NCBI GenBank assembly: GCA_038217195.1
Contig: JBBQPQ010000002.1
Coordinates: 16,735 to 80,734, forward strand
Length of the DNA: 64,000 nt
DNA from: Sphingomonadales bacterium
GTDB taxonomy: Bacteria; Pseudomonadota; Alphaproteobacteria; Sphingomonadales; Sphingomonadaceae
Direction of reading: 5' to 3'
In this document: one piece after another, positions 29,425 through 40,694 of the stretch
How positions within the stretch are numbered: the first letter of the stretch is position 1
Layout of the letters: every line of letters begins with the position of its first letter
The notes under the pieces: model-generated
What the model saw: only the letters and a program-made list of their open reading frames with translations
The model's database searches: none
Told to the model about the DNA's origin: nothing
Made by a program: the position numbers and the translations under genes

Positions 29425-30561
29425 ATGGCGGTTTTAGAGCTTACGGATAAACCCTTCTTTGCGGACAAAAACCGCGCGTTCTGGAATCTGCATTCGGCCG
29501 GATGGGCTGGCGCAGTCATCCTGCGTGCCGCCTCCGGCATTGCGCAAGGACAACCTGTAAGCTTCCTCGTGCCGATCCTGATATCGGCAGTGACCGGCTA
29601 TTCAATTACATTGCTCCTGTCCGTGATTTATCGGTTTTTGATTGGGCAACGACCATTTATAACATGGAGCCTTACATTTGTCTCGGTGTCGCTGGCGACC
29701 ATTGGTTACGCTTATATCGACGTCTGGGTGCTGCAAACCATTCGAGACGGAGTGGATGAAACACCTTTTGCGCAATTGTGGCTGGCAGCGATTTACATCA
29801 ACTCGGTTCTTTTGGCTGCCTGGTCCGCCTTATATTATGCGATCAACTATTTTGTCCGTGCAGAGGAACAGGCGGACCAGATGATGCGACTGGAGGCGCA
29901 GGCTACCAGCGCCCAGCTCACGATGTTGCGCTATCAACTCAATCCGCATTTTTTATTCAACACGTTGAACAGCATATCAACTCTGGTGCTACTCAAACAG
30001 ACCGAGCAGGCAAATGCCATGCTGTCGCGGCTTTCTTCCTTCCTGCGCTTTACGCTCATCAACGAGGCTGCGGCGAAAGTGCCGCTGACGCAAGAAATCG
30101 AAACGCTGAAGCTGTATCTTGATATTGAAAAGATGCGATTTGAAGAACGGTTACGCACCTATTTTACGATCGAACCCGGCGTAGAAAATGCGCTCGTACC
30201 TTCGTTGTTGCTTCAGCCGTTGGTCGAGAACGCTATCAAATACGCAGTAACGCCAAAGGAGGAGGGGGCTGATATTTCTGTAACCGCCCAATTGGTTGGC
30301 CAGCGCGTGCGCATTACCGTTTCAGATACCGGGCCAGGTCTGCAGCCCGGGCAGCAGGACCAAAGCCTGTCAACGGGCGTGGGCATGGCAAATACGCGCG
30401 AACGCCTGTCGCAAGCCTATGGTGACGATCAGCGCTTTGAACATTATGTTAAGGCTGGGGGAGGATTTGAGGTTTTGTTGGAACTACCCTATCAAAGCCG
30501 GATTATAGCAGGGGAAGAAAACCAAGCGGGGGCTAAGCAGCAAGGAAAGATATCCGCATGA
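29425..30561 (+). CDS. LytS/YehU-family sensor histidine kinase
   Basis: N-terminal TM helices, LRYQLNPHFLFNTLNSI, LQPLVENAIKY, DTGPG and GVGMAN. Confidence 0.92.
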   Translation: MAVLELTDKPFFADKNRAFWNLHSAGWAGAVILRAASGIAQGQPVSFLVPILISAVTGYSITLLLSVIYRFLIGQRPFITWSLTFVSVSLATIGYAYIDVWVLQTIRDGVDETPFAQLWLAAIYINSVLLAAWSALYYAINYFVRAEEQADQMMRLEAQATSAQLTMLRYQLNPHFLFNTLNSISTLVLLKQTEQANAMLSRLSSFLRFTLINEAAAKVPLTQEIETLKLYLDIEKMRFEERLRTYFTIEPGVENALVPSLLLQPLVENAIKYAVTPKEEGADISVTAQLVGQRVRITVSDTGPGLQPGQQDQSLSTGVGMANTRERLSQAYGDDQRFEHYVKAGGGFEVLLELPYQSRIIAGEENQAGAKQQGKISA

Positions 30562-31358
30562 GTATTCGTACAATTTTGGTCGACGATGAGAAACTGGCCA
30601 TCCAGGGCCTTGAATTACGGCTTCAGGCCTTCGATGATATCGAGATTGTCGCAACCTGCCATAACGGCCGTGAGGCCATTCGCAAGATCAAGACGCTAAA
30701 GCCTGACCTTGTGTTCCTGGACATTCAAATGCCGGGATTTGACGGCTTTTCGGTGGTTCAGGGCGTGATGGATATTGACCCGCCATTGTTTGTCTTCGTG
30801 ACGGCTTATTCCGAGCATGCCATCAAGGCATTTGAAGCACAGGCAATTGATTATCTGATGAAGCCGGTTGAGCCCGGACGTCTTGCCGACACTATGGATC
30901 GTGTGCGCGGCAGGCTCGCTGACAAGCGTACATCGGATGAACTCGAACGGTTGCGGACGGTCATTAATGAAGTTGCGCCCAATGCCGCCGACAATCTTGG
31001 CGCGATTGAAGACGATATGGCGTCAACGCGCTTCGAAAAGTTGATCAACGTAAAGGATCGTGGTCAGATATTCCGTGTCGATGTCGAAAGCATCGAGCGC
31101 ATTGACGCAGCCGGTGACTACATGTGTATCTACACAGCCGATAATTCGCTAATCCTGCGCGAAACGATGAAGGATCTGGAAAAGCGCCTTGATCCGCGTA
31201 CTTTTCAACGCGTGCATCGTTCTACGATTGTCAATCTGGACCAAGTGCGTCAGGTTAAGCCGCATACCAATGGCGAATGCTTTCTCGTGCTCGAATCTGG
31301 GGCCCAGGTGAAAGTCAGCCGTTCATACCGCGACGTTGTCGCTCGATTTGTGCATTAA
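30558..31358 (+). CDS. LytTR-family response regulator
   Basis: Receiver motifs VDDE, FLDIQMPG, FVTAY and YLMKP. LytTR domain with FQRVHRSTIVN. ATGA coupling to the kinase. Confidence 0.94.
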   Translation: MSIRTILVDDEKLAIQGLELRLQAFDDIEIVATCHNGREAIRKIKTLKPDLVFLDIQMPGFDGFSVVQGVMDIDPPLFVFVTAYSEHAIKAFEAQAIDYLMKPVEPGRLADTMDRVRGRLADKRTSDELERLRTVINEVAPNAADNLGAIEDDMASTRFEKLINVKDRGQIFRVDVESIERIDAAGDYMCIYTADNSLILRETMKDLEKRLDPRTFQRVHRSTIVNLDQVRQVKPHTNGECFLVLESGAQVKVSRSYRDVVARFVH

Positions 31359-31370
31359 GGAGAAAACGGG

Positions 31371-32737
<1,367 letters not shown>

Positions 32738-32859
32738 CTAGCGCAGAATAGCGCTTTTGACCACAGATCGGCTTGACCTTTTCGGCGTGGAGCGTTAGGG
32801 GCAGCGACTTTCGCGGATCAGTGATTCCGCACACACTCATTTTATACAGGACATACATC

Positions 32860-33150
32860 ATGGCGCGCATCTGCGAACTCACCGGTAAAGGCCGTCTGGT
32901 CGGCAACAATGTGAGCCACGCCAACAACAAGACAAAACGCACGTTCTTGCCAAATCTTCAGAATGTCACTTTGTTGTCGGATGCCCTTGAGCAGGGCTAC
33001 AAGTTTCGCGTTTCAACCCACGGCCTGCGTTCGGTTGAGCATGTTGGCGGTCTGGACAACTGGTTGTTGAAGACTTCGGACGAGAAGCTCTCGACCAATG
33101 CCCGCAAGGTAAAAAAAGAAATCGCTAAGAAGCAAAAAGCTGCTGCTTAA
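32860..33150 (+). CDS. rpmB: 50S ribosomal protein L28
   Basis: [10 protein letters not shown]...[22 protein letters not shown] at 32860. Confidence 0.97.
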   Translation: MARICELTGKGRLVGNNVSHANNKTKRTFLPNLQNVTLLSDALEQGYKFRVSTHGLRSVEHVGGLDNWLLKTSDEKLSTNARKVKKEIAKKQKAAA

Positions 33151-34214
33151 TATCTAGGGTTGCCGAGGCGACCCTTACCGAAGCTATCAAAAGCCGGGGG
33201 CATTGCTGCCGCCGGCTTTTTGTTGCCTATATCGCCGGCTGTGCGGTCTGACAGCCGAAACTTCATCAAGATTGTTCGCTGGAATATGCTGAAGTTGTTA
33301 TCGGATATCAGCCATAGGTAGATGGCTTTGCCGACTTTGGTCACTGCAATGCCCTCCATATTGTCGACGAGAACAGGCGTCGTAAGCGACGCGATGACAT
33401 TGGCAGAAATAATATCGCCGCGTCGAAGAGGCCCTAGATCAAGCAGCGACACTTTTGCTGAGAATCCTTGTGGAAATCCAATCGAACGATTGAGCAGGAC
33501 GATTCGTCCATCCGGCAGTTGGCTGGCGTCTGTTACGCGATATCCAGTTGGTGGGCGGAACCTAAACGCAGTTATTCTGGTCCCCTTTAATATGGGGTCT
33601 CCAGAGAATAGCAGTGCGGGATGTGTGCCCCTATCCACCGATTCTGCAATGACGATAAACCGACCGTCTTTAAGTCTGATGATTGTTTCCGCCCCCTTGT
33701 TGCGCGGCCAGTTCTGCATTTTTGCCGGGCGGGCAACACCTGTGACACCAGCAAAGGACGAAGCATAACGACGGATAGCGGGGCGTATTTCAAAGCTGAC
33801 CCAGAATTTCCCGCTGTCAGGATCATAGGTGATTCCTTCGCTATCTCGGTCCCTGTAGCTGGTGCCAGAACCGCGCGAACCGGGAAGTGGCCTAATGAAA
33901 GACCGAATCATTCGGGCATTATGGGACAAATCAAAACCAACCAGCACGCCTGTATCACTCACCCCAACGAATCGCCTGTCATCCGTTGCCGTCAGCGTCG
34001 AAATACCGCCAAAATTGTCGTTCCTGCTATTTAGTTCCCATGCCGCAATAAATTCCAGAGCGCCTACCTGCCTTTGACTTGGATTATCTGCGTTCAACGG
34101 CAACGGGGTCATGGTAATAACCTGACTTGCGTTTGGAAAAATGGTCCGAACGCCCCCTACTGTTAGGACAGCTAGCCCAATGCAGAGCGCGAGACGCTGA
34201 ATTTTTACCCGCAT
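33147..34214 (-). CDS. Esterase-like activity of phytase family protein (beta-propeller)
   Basis: FGGIS, DSEGI, KGAE and DNMEGIA...ISDNNF motifs. N-terminal signal or anchor. Start set at MRVKIQ (34214). Confidence 0.8.
   Translation of the reverse strand: MRVKIQRLALCIGLAVLTVGGVRTIFPNASQVITMTPLPLNADNPSQRQVGALEFIAAWELNSRNDNFGGISTLTATDDRRFVGVSDTGVLVGFDLSHNARMIRSFIRPLPGSRGSGTSYRDRDSEGITYDPDSGKFWVSFEIRPAIRRYASSFAGVTGVARPAKMQNWPRNKGAETIIRLKDGRFIVIAESVDRGTHPALLFSGDPILKGTRITAFRFRPPTGYRVTDASQLPDGRIVLLNRSIGFPQGFSAKVSLLDLGPLRRGDIISANVIASLTTPVLVDNMEGIAVTKVGKAIYLWLISDNNFSIFQRTILMKFRLSDRTAGDIGNKKPAAAMPPAFDSFGKGRLGNPRY
33189..33221. terminator. Intrinsic terminator downstream of rpmB, inside the 3' end of the convergent gene
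   Basis: AAAAGCCGG-GGGCA-TTGC-TGCCG-CCGGCTTTTT. A second hairpin lies at 33156-33175. Confidence 0.65.
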
Positions 34215-34228
34215 ATCACTCCCAAATC

Positions 34229-34305
34229 CGTTCATTAAATTGGCCTTGAATATGAACGACAGATAACAATCGCATTCAGCTTCGGCTCAACGGTGGACGT
34301 TCATA
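34229..34305. promoter_or_regulatory. Cluster of CGTTCA/TGAACG elements and a TGA-N8-TGA site
   Basis: TATGAACG (34251-58) and CGTTCATA (34298-305) form a perfect inverted pair. A third CGTTCAT lies at 34229. TCA-GCTTCGGC-TCA at 34276-89. Confidence 0.4.
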
Positions 34306-34378
34306 AGACAAATATCGGCAAAACGAATTGCCTATTTACCCATCTTGGGCCGAACCTGAAAACGAAGGAGTATCGAAA

Positions 34379-34774
34379 ATGACAAACTTAAAGAAAAGCA
34401 TCGGTGCGCTTGTACTCGCAGCAACGGCCGTGACCGGTTTTTCAGCAGTGCCAGCTATGGCACGTGATCATTACAATGATGGCTATTATAACCGTGATGA
34501 CCGTCAGGACCGCTATGACCGTCAGGACCGCTATGACCGCCGCGAATATCGTCGTGGTGACCGTTATTACCGCGACAATAATTATCGCAACAATGCCCGT
34601 TGCGACAAGGGCACTGGTGGTACGATCATCGGCGCAGTTGCAGGCGGTCTGTTAGGGAATGAAGTCGCTCGCCGCGGTAACAAGACCGAAGGCAGCATCA
34701 TCGGTGCCGCGGTGGGTGCCCTGGCTGGTCGCGCAATCGACAAGTCGGACAGCAACTGCCGTCGCTATCGCTAA
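34379..34774 (+). CDS. Glycine-zipper 2TM domain protein
   Basis: Signal peptide, an R/D/Y-rich region, then GTIIGAVAGGLLG...GSIIGAAVGALAGRAID. ATG at 34379 after an AAGGAG RBS. Confidence 0.88.
   Translation: MTNLKKSIGALVLAATAVTGFSAVPAMARDHYNDGYYNRDDRQDRYDRQDRYDRREYRRGDRYYRDNNYRNNARCDKGTGGTIIGAVAGGLLGNEVARRGNKTEGSIIGAAVGALAGRAIDKSDSNCRRYR
34497..34539 (+). repeat. In-frame 18-bp tandem repeat (2.4 copies)
   Basis: ATGACCGTCAGGACCGCT x2 plus ATGACCG, encoding repeated DRQDRY. Confidence 0.85.
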
Positions 34775-34942
34775 GATTCGCGTTATTCCATCCGGCGGCG
34801 CCCCTGAACCTGGTTCTGGCGTCGGATGGAAATAAAATTCAGGCTTCGTGCCTGGAGCGTCTAGGTCAGTCTTCTTTGAAGGCTGGCCTTTTCGTTTCAA
34901 CTGAAACTTGTCTGGCCAGATATTATCCGGCAAAGCGCAGGC

Positions 34943-37912
34943 ATGACCTTATCGCTCGAATCCGCCCGTTCTGCCATTCGTCCATTTCATCGAAAATCCG
35001 AACCAGAGGTGCTTGCGCCTTTGGTCGTTGCAGCCACGGTCGATGGCGCAGCGCGCGGCAAAATTGTCGAGACTGCTCGAGGCTTGCTCGATGATTTGCG
35101 CGTTGCCCAGGCCGATGGGTGGGTAAATTCATTTTTGCAACAATATCGGCTTGGAACCGATGAGGGCACTGCGTTATTGTCGCTGGCCGAGGCATTTTTG
35201 CGGGTGCCAGACCCGCATACCGCTGACCTTTTGATCGCGGACAAGCTGACGGAGGCCGATTGGGCAGACCATAAGGGGCAGTCATCGAGCTTGATGGTCA
35301 ATAGTGCAACCTGGGGACTGGTGCTCGGCAAGGCCGTGCTTGGCGACAGTTCAAGCACCCTCAAGCGGCTTATTGCAAGGGCTGGCGAACCATTTGTCCG
35401 GCAGGCTGTCGGCGCAGCGATGCGGCTTATGGGGCAAGTATTTGTCATGGGCCGCGATATCGATGAAGCGATGAAGCGCATGGAGTCGAAAGACAACAGG
35501 GGATTTACGGCCAGCTTTGACATGCTTGGAGAAGCCGCGCGGACGAAGGCCGACGCCGAACGCTATTTTGAATCCTATCAGGCAGCGATAGCCGCCGTCG
35601 GCCGCAAAGCAGCCCGGGGCCACAGCGTATCTGTAAAACTGTCTGCGCTTCATCCACGCTACGAGACCGCGCAGAGTGCGCATTCTGTTCCTGAACTAAC
35701 TGAGATGGTCCGGCAGTTGGCGCGCTCCGCCTCGTCATTCGGGGTCCAACTGACCGTCGATGCCGAGGAAGCCGCGCGGATGGAAATGAGCCTCGATATC
35801 ATAGAGGCGGTTGCCCGCGACTCCGCCCTTCGCGGCTGGAATGGTCTGGGCATGGCCGTGCAGGCCTATTCCAAGCGCGCCCGCCCAGTACTCGCATGGG
35901 CAGACGCATTGGGCCGTGACACTTCGCGCATCATGCAGGTGCGGCTCGTGAAGGGCGCCTATTGGGACAGCGAAATTAAGCATGCACAGGAAAGGGGGCT
36001 TGTCGATTTTCCTTTGTTCACGCGCAAAGCGGCGACCGACGTATCTTATCTTGCTTGCGCCAAGGACATGTTCGCTGCCCGCAACATCCGCCCTGCATTT
36101 GCAACACATAACGCGCTGACGGTTGCGACTATCGTGCAATGTGCGGGACAGAACCGCGATTTCGAATTCCAGCGCTTGCACGGGATGGGGGAGGGACTAT
36201 TTGAGCGGCTGGTGCGTGAAGATGGCTATCACTGCCGAACATATGCTCCCGTGGGGGGGCACCGCGACCTGCTCGCGTATCTCGTTCGCCGCCTGTTGGA
36301 AAACGGCGCAAACAGCAGTTTCGTTCACCAATTGTCTGACCAATCTATCAGCGAAGATGAGCTCCTGGCAGACCCTGTGGAAAAAGTCATGGCGGTTGGT
36401 GGAACCCGCCACCCTGCCATTGCCGCACCAGCTGACCTTTTTCAGCCAGAGCGCACGAACAGCCGCGGCATTGATCTTGATGACGCAGCGATATTGAAAG
36501 CAACTGCGGCTGAGATTGCCCTGCCTTTGAAAACTGATGTGACCAGCCATGTCACGCCCCATGAAGCCGTAACGTCGGCGCTTCGGGCCTATCCCTCGTG
36601 GTCGCAAACGCACGTCGATGCCCGTGCGGACTGCCTTGACCGCTTGGCGGATCTGTTGGAAACGAACCGTCCGCGATTGATGGCAGTAGCCGTTAAGGAG
36701 GCGCGTAAAACCATTCCTGACGCGTTGTCGGAAGTGCGCGAGGCGATTGATTTTTGCCGCTATTATGCCGCCCGGGCGCGTATCGATCTGGTACCTGTCG
36801 AACTGCCGGGACCAACAGGCGAACGCAATATTTTGCGCCATGAGGGGCGTGGTGTCTGGATTGCCATTGCCCCTTGGAATTTTCCGCTGGCGATTTTTCT
36901 GGGTCAAGTCGCTGCTGCTCTGGTCGCCGGGAACACCGTTGTGGCAAAGCCAGCGCCGCAAACACCTGCCATCGGCATATTGGCGGTCGCACTGGCACAT
37001 GAAGCCGGAGTCCCCGAAGATGTGCTTCAAATCGTCGTTGGTGCAGGTGATGTCGGAGCTGCGCTCACCGCTGACCCGCGCATTACAGGCGTCGTCTTCA
37101 CAGGCTCTGTTCCGACCGCAAAAGCCATTGCGCGCAACCTGCTCGCGGACGATCACCGGCCACTTGTGCCATTGATTGCAGAGACGGGTGGTTTGAACGC
37201 GATGATCGTCGATTCGACGGCTTTATCCGAGCAAGTGGTGCGCGATGTCATTTTGTCGGGTTTTCAATCGGCCGGCCAGCGCTGTTCGGCGCTGCGCCTT
37301 TTGCTCCTTCAGGAGGACATTGCCGAACATACGCTGGATATGCTCCGCGGCGCCATGGATACGCTCATCGTAGGGGATCCATCGGATCCAGCTACCGACA
37401 TTGGCCCAGTCATCGATCAAACTGCCTATGATTCGCTCATGTCTTACCGGGCGAGCATGAAGGATCGGATTTTTCATGAAATCGGCGTACCCCGCGACGG
37501 CCTTTTTGTGCCGCCGACGGTCATCAGGCTGGACGACGCGAGTGCGTTGGAACGCGAATGGTTTGGCCCTCTCGTGCATGTTGCAACGTGGAAAGCAGGC
37601 ACATTGGAAGCCACCATTGCAAAAATTAACGCCAAAGGTTTCGGACTGACCATGGGTCTGCACAGCCGGATCGCAGGCAGCAGCGCGCTTGTTGAACAAC
37701 TGGCGCGCGTAGGCAATCTCTATATCAACAGGTCGATGATTGGCGCTGTTGTCGGCAGTCAGCCATTTGGCGGCGAGGGCCTTTCCGGCACTGGCCCCAA
37801 AGCAGGCGGCCCGCATTATCTTTTCAGATTCTGTGCGGAACGGACAACAAGCACCGATACCACAAGCGCTGGCGGCAATGCCTCCTTGCTGTCGCTGGAT
37901 GACGGGACGTAG
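34943..37912 (+). CDS. putA: Bifunctional proline dehydrogenase / P5C dehydrogenase
   Basis: SVKLSALHPRY, VRLVKGAYWDSE, FQRLHGMGE, RRLLENGANSSF; ALDH motifs PWNFP, ETGG and GQRCSA. No N-terminal RHH domain. Confidence 0.96.
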   Translation: MTLSLESARSAIRPFHRKSEPEVLAPLVVAATVDGAARGKIVETARGLLDDLRVAQADGWVNSFLQQYRLGTDEGTALLSLAEAFLRVPDPHTADLLIADKLTEADWADHKGQSSSLMVNSATWGLVLGKAVLGDSSSTLKRLIARAGEPFVRQAVGAAMRLMGQVFVMGRDIDEAMKRMESKDNRGFTASFDMLGEAARTKADAERYFESYQAAIAAVGRKAARGHSVSVKLSALHPRYETAQSAHSVPELTEMVRQLARSASSFGVQLTVDAEEAARMEMSLDIIEAVARDSALRGWNGLGMAVQAYSKRARPVLAWADALGRDTSRIMQVRLVKGAYWDSEIKHAQERGLVDFPLFTRKAATDVSYLACAKDMFAARNIRPAFATHNALTVATIVQCAGQNRDFEFQRLHGMGEGLFERLVREDGYHCRTYAPVGGHRDLLAYLVRRLLENGANSSFVHQLSDQSISEDELLADPVEKVMAVGGTRHPAIAAPADLFQPERTNSRGIDLDDAAILKATAAEIALPLKTDVTSHVTPHEAVTSALRAYPSWSQTHVDARADCLDRLADLLETNRPRLMAVAVKEARKTIPDALSEVREAIDFCRYYAARARIDLVPVELPGPTGERNILRHEGRGVWIAIAPWNFPLAIFLGQVAAALVAGNTVVAKPAPQTPAIGILAVALAHEAGVPEDVLQIVVGAGDVGAALTADPRITGVVFTGSVPTAKAIARNLLADDHRPLVPLIAETGGLNAMIVDSTALSEQVVRDVILSGFQSAGQRCSALRLLLLQEDIAEHTLDMLRGAMDTLIVGDPSDPATDIGPVIDQTAYDSLMSYRASMKDRIFHEIGVPRDGLFVPPTVIRLDDASALEREWFGPLVHVATWKAGTLEATIAKINAKGFGLTMGLHSRIAGSSALVEQLARVGNLYINRSMIGAVVGSQPFGGEGLSGTGPKAGGPHYLFRFCAERTTSTDTTSAGGNASLLSLDDGT

Positions 37913-37973
37913 GCTGTTTTTGCCAAGTGAACGATGCGGCTGAGGAACTTCATGGTCCTCAGCGAATATCTGC

Positions 37974-38183
37974 TTAATGAACAGTGCCAAAAGTTGTGCG
38001 AATACTGAGCATGATAATCAGCCGTTCGATCTGGCGCCAACGACAGTAATGCAAATGGTTGCCGACATTCCGGCTTTTGATTGCCCGTTCCGCAGCCTCG
38101 ATGCCGGCCGTCATACCGAACTGGTCCATCAGCATCTGCGCGTCAGATACATCCTGCGGTTCGACATACAGCGACAGATACAT
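37974..38183 (-). CDS. Small hypothetical protein
   Basis: 69 aa, AQMLMDQFG..AGIEAAERAIKSRNVGNHLHYCRWRQIERLI. Fills the intergenic gap; candidate TTGACA on the minus strand at 38279-38284. Confidence 0.65.
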   Translation of the reverse strand: MYLSLYVEPQDVSDAQMLMDQFGMTAGIEAAERAIKSRNVGNHLHYCRWRQIERLIIMLSIRTTFGTVH

Positions 38184-38358
38184 AAAATGCAGGACTTTCG
38201 ATTTACGCAGGTAGCAGACGGGCCTGGGGGTATACGGCCCGTCTGCGCCACCCGTTTACAGTCTGTGTACGCCATTTTTGTCAAAGCATTTTGTTAGCAA
38301 TAATTAAGGATACACATCGCGCTTGCTAGGGCATGACAGTTGGTGGCAAGGGGCGGTT

Positions 38359-38541
38359 ATGTCAGGATCAGAAAACAACCAGCCCCGCCTTGCCGGTGGC
38401 ATCTTCATCGCTTTCGGGCTATTAGCTGGTCTCATATTGGGGGTCGTTTTCGACCAACCCTCTGCCGGCGCCATAATCGGTATGGTCATCGGCATCATAA
38501 TCGCGATTATCATCTGGGTGATCGACAGCAAACGTCGTTGA
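38359..38541 (+). CDS. Small two-TM membrane protein
   Basis: MSGSENNQPRLAGGIFIAFG...AIIIWVIDSKRR. Lies 18 nt upstream of the next gene. Confidence 0.65.
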   Translation: MSGSENNQPRLAGGIFIAFGLLAGLILGVVFDQPSAGAIIGMVIGIIIAIIIWVIDSKRR

Positions 38542-38559
38542 ACTAAAAGGGCCGAAAAA

Positions 38560-39882
38560 ATGTGGAAACATGTCCGCAATATCACTTTGATTTTCATCGT
38601 GCTGGCGATCGCTGGCATTTGGTACATGACTCGCCCAGACGTTGCGCAGCTTCCGATTGATGCAGTTACTGGCCCAAATCCTCAAATTACAACGGCCCGT
38701 CCGCAAATTTTCCCGACCATCAAGGTTGCAGATGTTGACCGCTGGAAGGCTGGCGAAACGCCTGTCGCTGCGCCAGGATTTGTTGTCGAGCGTTTTGCCG
38801 AGGGTCTCGATCATCCTCGCAACCTGTACACGTTGCCCAATGGCGATATATTGGTTGCCGAGTCCAATTCACCTCCGCGTGATACCGGCGGTATTGAAGG
38901 GATGGTCATGAAATGGCTGATGGACAAGGCCGGTGCGGCCGTCCCCTCTGCCAATCGTATTACGCTTTTGCGCGACACAAATAATGACGGAAAAGCGGAC
39001 TTGAAAACGCCGTTAATCACGGGATTAAATTCGCCATTTGGCATGGTGCTCGTCGGCGGCACATTATATGTTGCCAACACGGACGGCTTGCTCGCTTTTC
39101 CCTATACGGACGGCGACACAAAAATTGATGTAAAGGGTAAGCAGCTCACCAAGTTCAATGCGCTGGCGCCTAATAATCATTGGACGCGAAATTTGGCAGC
39201 ATCACCCGATGGCAAGAAAATCTACATCTCGGTTGGATCCAACAGCAACATCGGCGAGCACGGCATGGACAAGGAAAATGGCCGGGCGATGGTGTTTGAA
39301 TATGATATCGCAAAAGACAAGAAAATTCCTTACGCCATTGGCTTGCGTAACCCCGTTGGTCTTGGCTGGGACAAGGCTGGCCGTCTTTGGACCGTGGTAA
39401 ACGAACGCGACATGCTGGGTTCAGATCTTGTGCCTGATTATCTCGCGCTTGTGGAATTCGGCGCAGATTATGGTTGGCCGCAACATTTCTGGGGCGGCTT
39501 TACCGATAGCCGGGTCTCACCGCCCAAGCCCGAAAAGCGCGAATATGAGCGCCGCCCCGATTATGCCCTAGGCGTCCATACCGCGCCGCTTGGGCTGGCG
39601 TTTGCCTATGATGGCAAAATGGGCGCCGGATTTACCGAAGGCGCATTTGTTGCACGGCATGGGTCGTGGAACCGCAAACCGGTTTCAGGATATGATGTCA
39701 TTTTCGTGTCCTTTCCCAAGGGAGAACCCGCAGGAAAGCCAGTGAACTTGCTGACCGGTTTCCTCGACAAGGATGGCAAAGCGCAGGGCCGCCCGACCAT
39801 GCTGGCTTTCGCAAAGGATGGAACGCTGCTGGTTAGTGATGATGTTGGTAATATAATCTGGCGGGTACGGACGAAGACTTAA
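38560..39882 (+). CDS. Glucose/sorbosone dehydrogenase family protein (beta-propeller)
   Basis: GLDHPR, NNHWTRN, GSNSN, GLRNPVG, NERDMLGSDLVPDY, HTAPLG, HGSWNR and GRP motifs. Confidence 0.88.
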   Translation: MWKHVRNITLIFIVLAIAGIWYMTRPDVAQLPIDAVTGPNPQITTARPQIFPTIKVADVDRWKAGETPVAAPGFVVERFAEGLDHPRNLYTLPNGDILVAESNSPPRDTGGIEGMVMKWLMDKAGAAVPSANRITLLRDTNNDGKADLKTPLITGLNSPFGMVLVGGTLYVANTDGLLAFPYTDGDTKIDVKGKQLTKFNALAPNNHWTRNLAASPDGKKIYISVGSNSNIGEHGMDKENGRAMVFEYDIAKDKKIPYAIGLRNPVGLGWDKAGRLWTVVNERDMLGSDLVPDYLALVEFGADYGWPQHFWGGFTDSRVSPPKPEKREYERRPDYALGVHTAPLGLAFAYDGKMGAGFTEGAFVARHGSWNRKPVSGYDVIFVSFPKGEPAGKPVNLLTGFLDKDGKAQGRPTMLAFAKDGTLLVSDDVGNIIWRVRTKT

Positions 39883-40694
39883 ATCTTCCGGCCCGCCCTG
39901 CCAGCAAGTTCGACGGTGTAATGCCAGGCTATTCGGCCTGATCGACCGCCACGCCCCTGGGCAAAGCCAAGCGCGTCAGCCTCGTCCCAGTCCAGATCAA
40001 AATGCGCGGCGTAACAGCCGACCATGCGCAGATAGGCGTCTTGATCGGGATATTGGAAGCCGAGCTTGAGGCCGAACCTGTCGGCGAGTGCAAGGCTGTC
40101 GTCGACGGCATCACGCACATTCAGCGCTTCTGCCTGCTCGCTGCTTTCGCGTTCGACGATGTTCCTTCGGTTTGATGTGACGCAAAGCCGGACATTATTG
40201 GGTCGGGCTTCTACCCCGCCCTCCAGCAGGGACCGCAAGAACCGCGCATTCTGGTCGTGCGGCTCGAATGATATATCATCGACAAACAAAAGAAATCGGC
40301 GGCCTGATGCGCCAAGTTCTTCAAACAAGGCGGGCAGGCTTGTCACGTGGCTCGCGGCGGCCTCGACAAGCGCGATGAAAAAGCCGTCCTCTTGAAGCGT
40401 GGCGACCACAGATTTGACCAATGCCGATTTGCCCATGCCGCGAGCCCCCCACAAGAGGACATCATGGGCTGCAGCACCCGATGCGTGGCGGCGGCAATTT
40501 TCGACAAGATCGGACTTTTGCCGATCGACCCCGACAATGAGATCAAGCGGCAAGGGTTTGAAATCATGAACCGCTGCCAGGTCTGTCCCGTTCCAGTGAT
40601 AAGCCGGAAAAGAAGAAAGATCGGTCGGCGGCGCTGGGGGGGGCGACAGCCGCTCAAGTGCTTCAGCAATACGTTTGAGAATCTGGTCGCTCAA
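39879..40694 (-). CDS. DUF815-like AAA+ ATPase
   Basis: Walker A GARGMGKS, Walker B LFVDD, TSNRRNIV, LADRFGL and RSGRIA. TTG start overlaps the upstream stop (TTGA). Confidence 0.85.
   Translation of the reverse strand: MSDQILKRIAEALERLSPPPAPPTDLSSFPAYHWNGTDLAAVHDFKPLPLDLIVGVDRQKSDLVENCRRHASGAAAHDVLLWGARGMGKSALVKSVVATLQEDGFFIALVEAAASHVTSLPALFEELGASGRRFLLFVDDISFEPHDQNARFLRSLLEGGVEARPNNVRLCVTSNRRNIVERESSEQAEALNVRDAVDDSLALADRFGLKLGFQYPDQDAYLRMVGCYAAHFDLDWDEADALGFAQGRGGRSGRIAWHYTVELAGRAGRKI

Noticed and set aside
36197-37990. 319-aa and 255-aa minus-strand ORFs
   Set aside because: Antisense shadows of putA.
38293-38307. CtrA-like TTAA-N7-TAAC
   Set aside because: The second half-site is out of register with the consensus; an AT-rich patch explains it.
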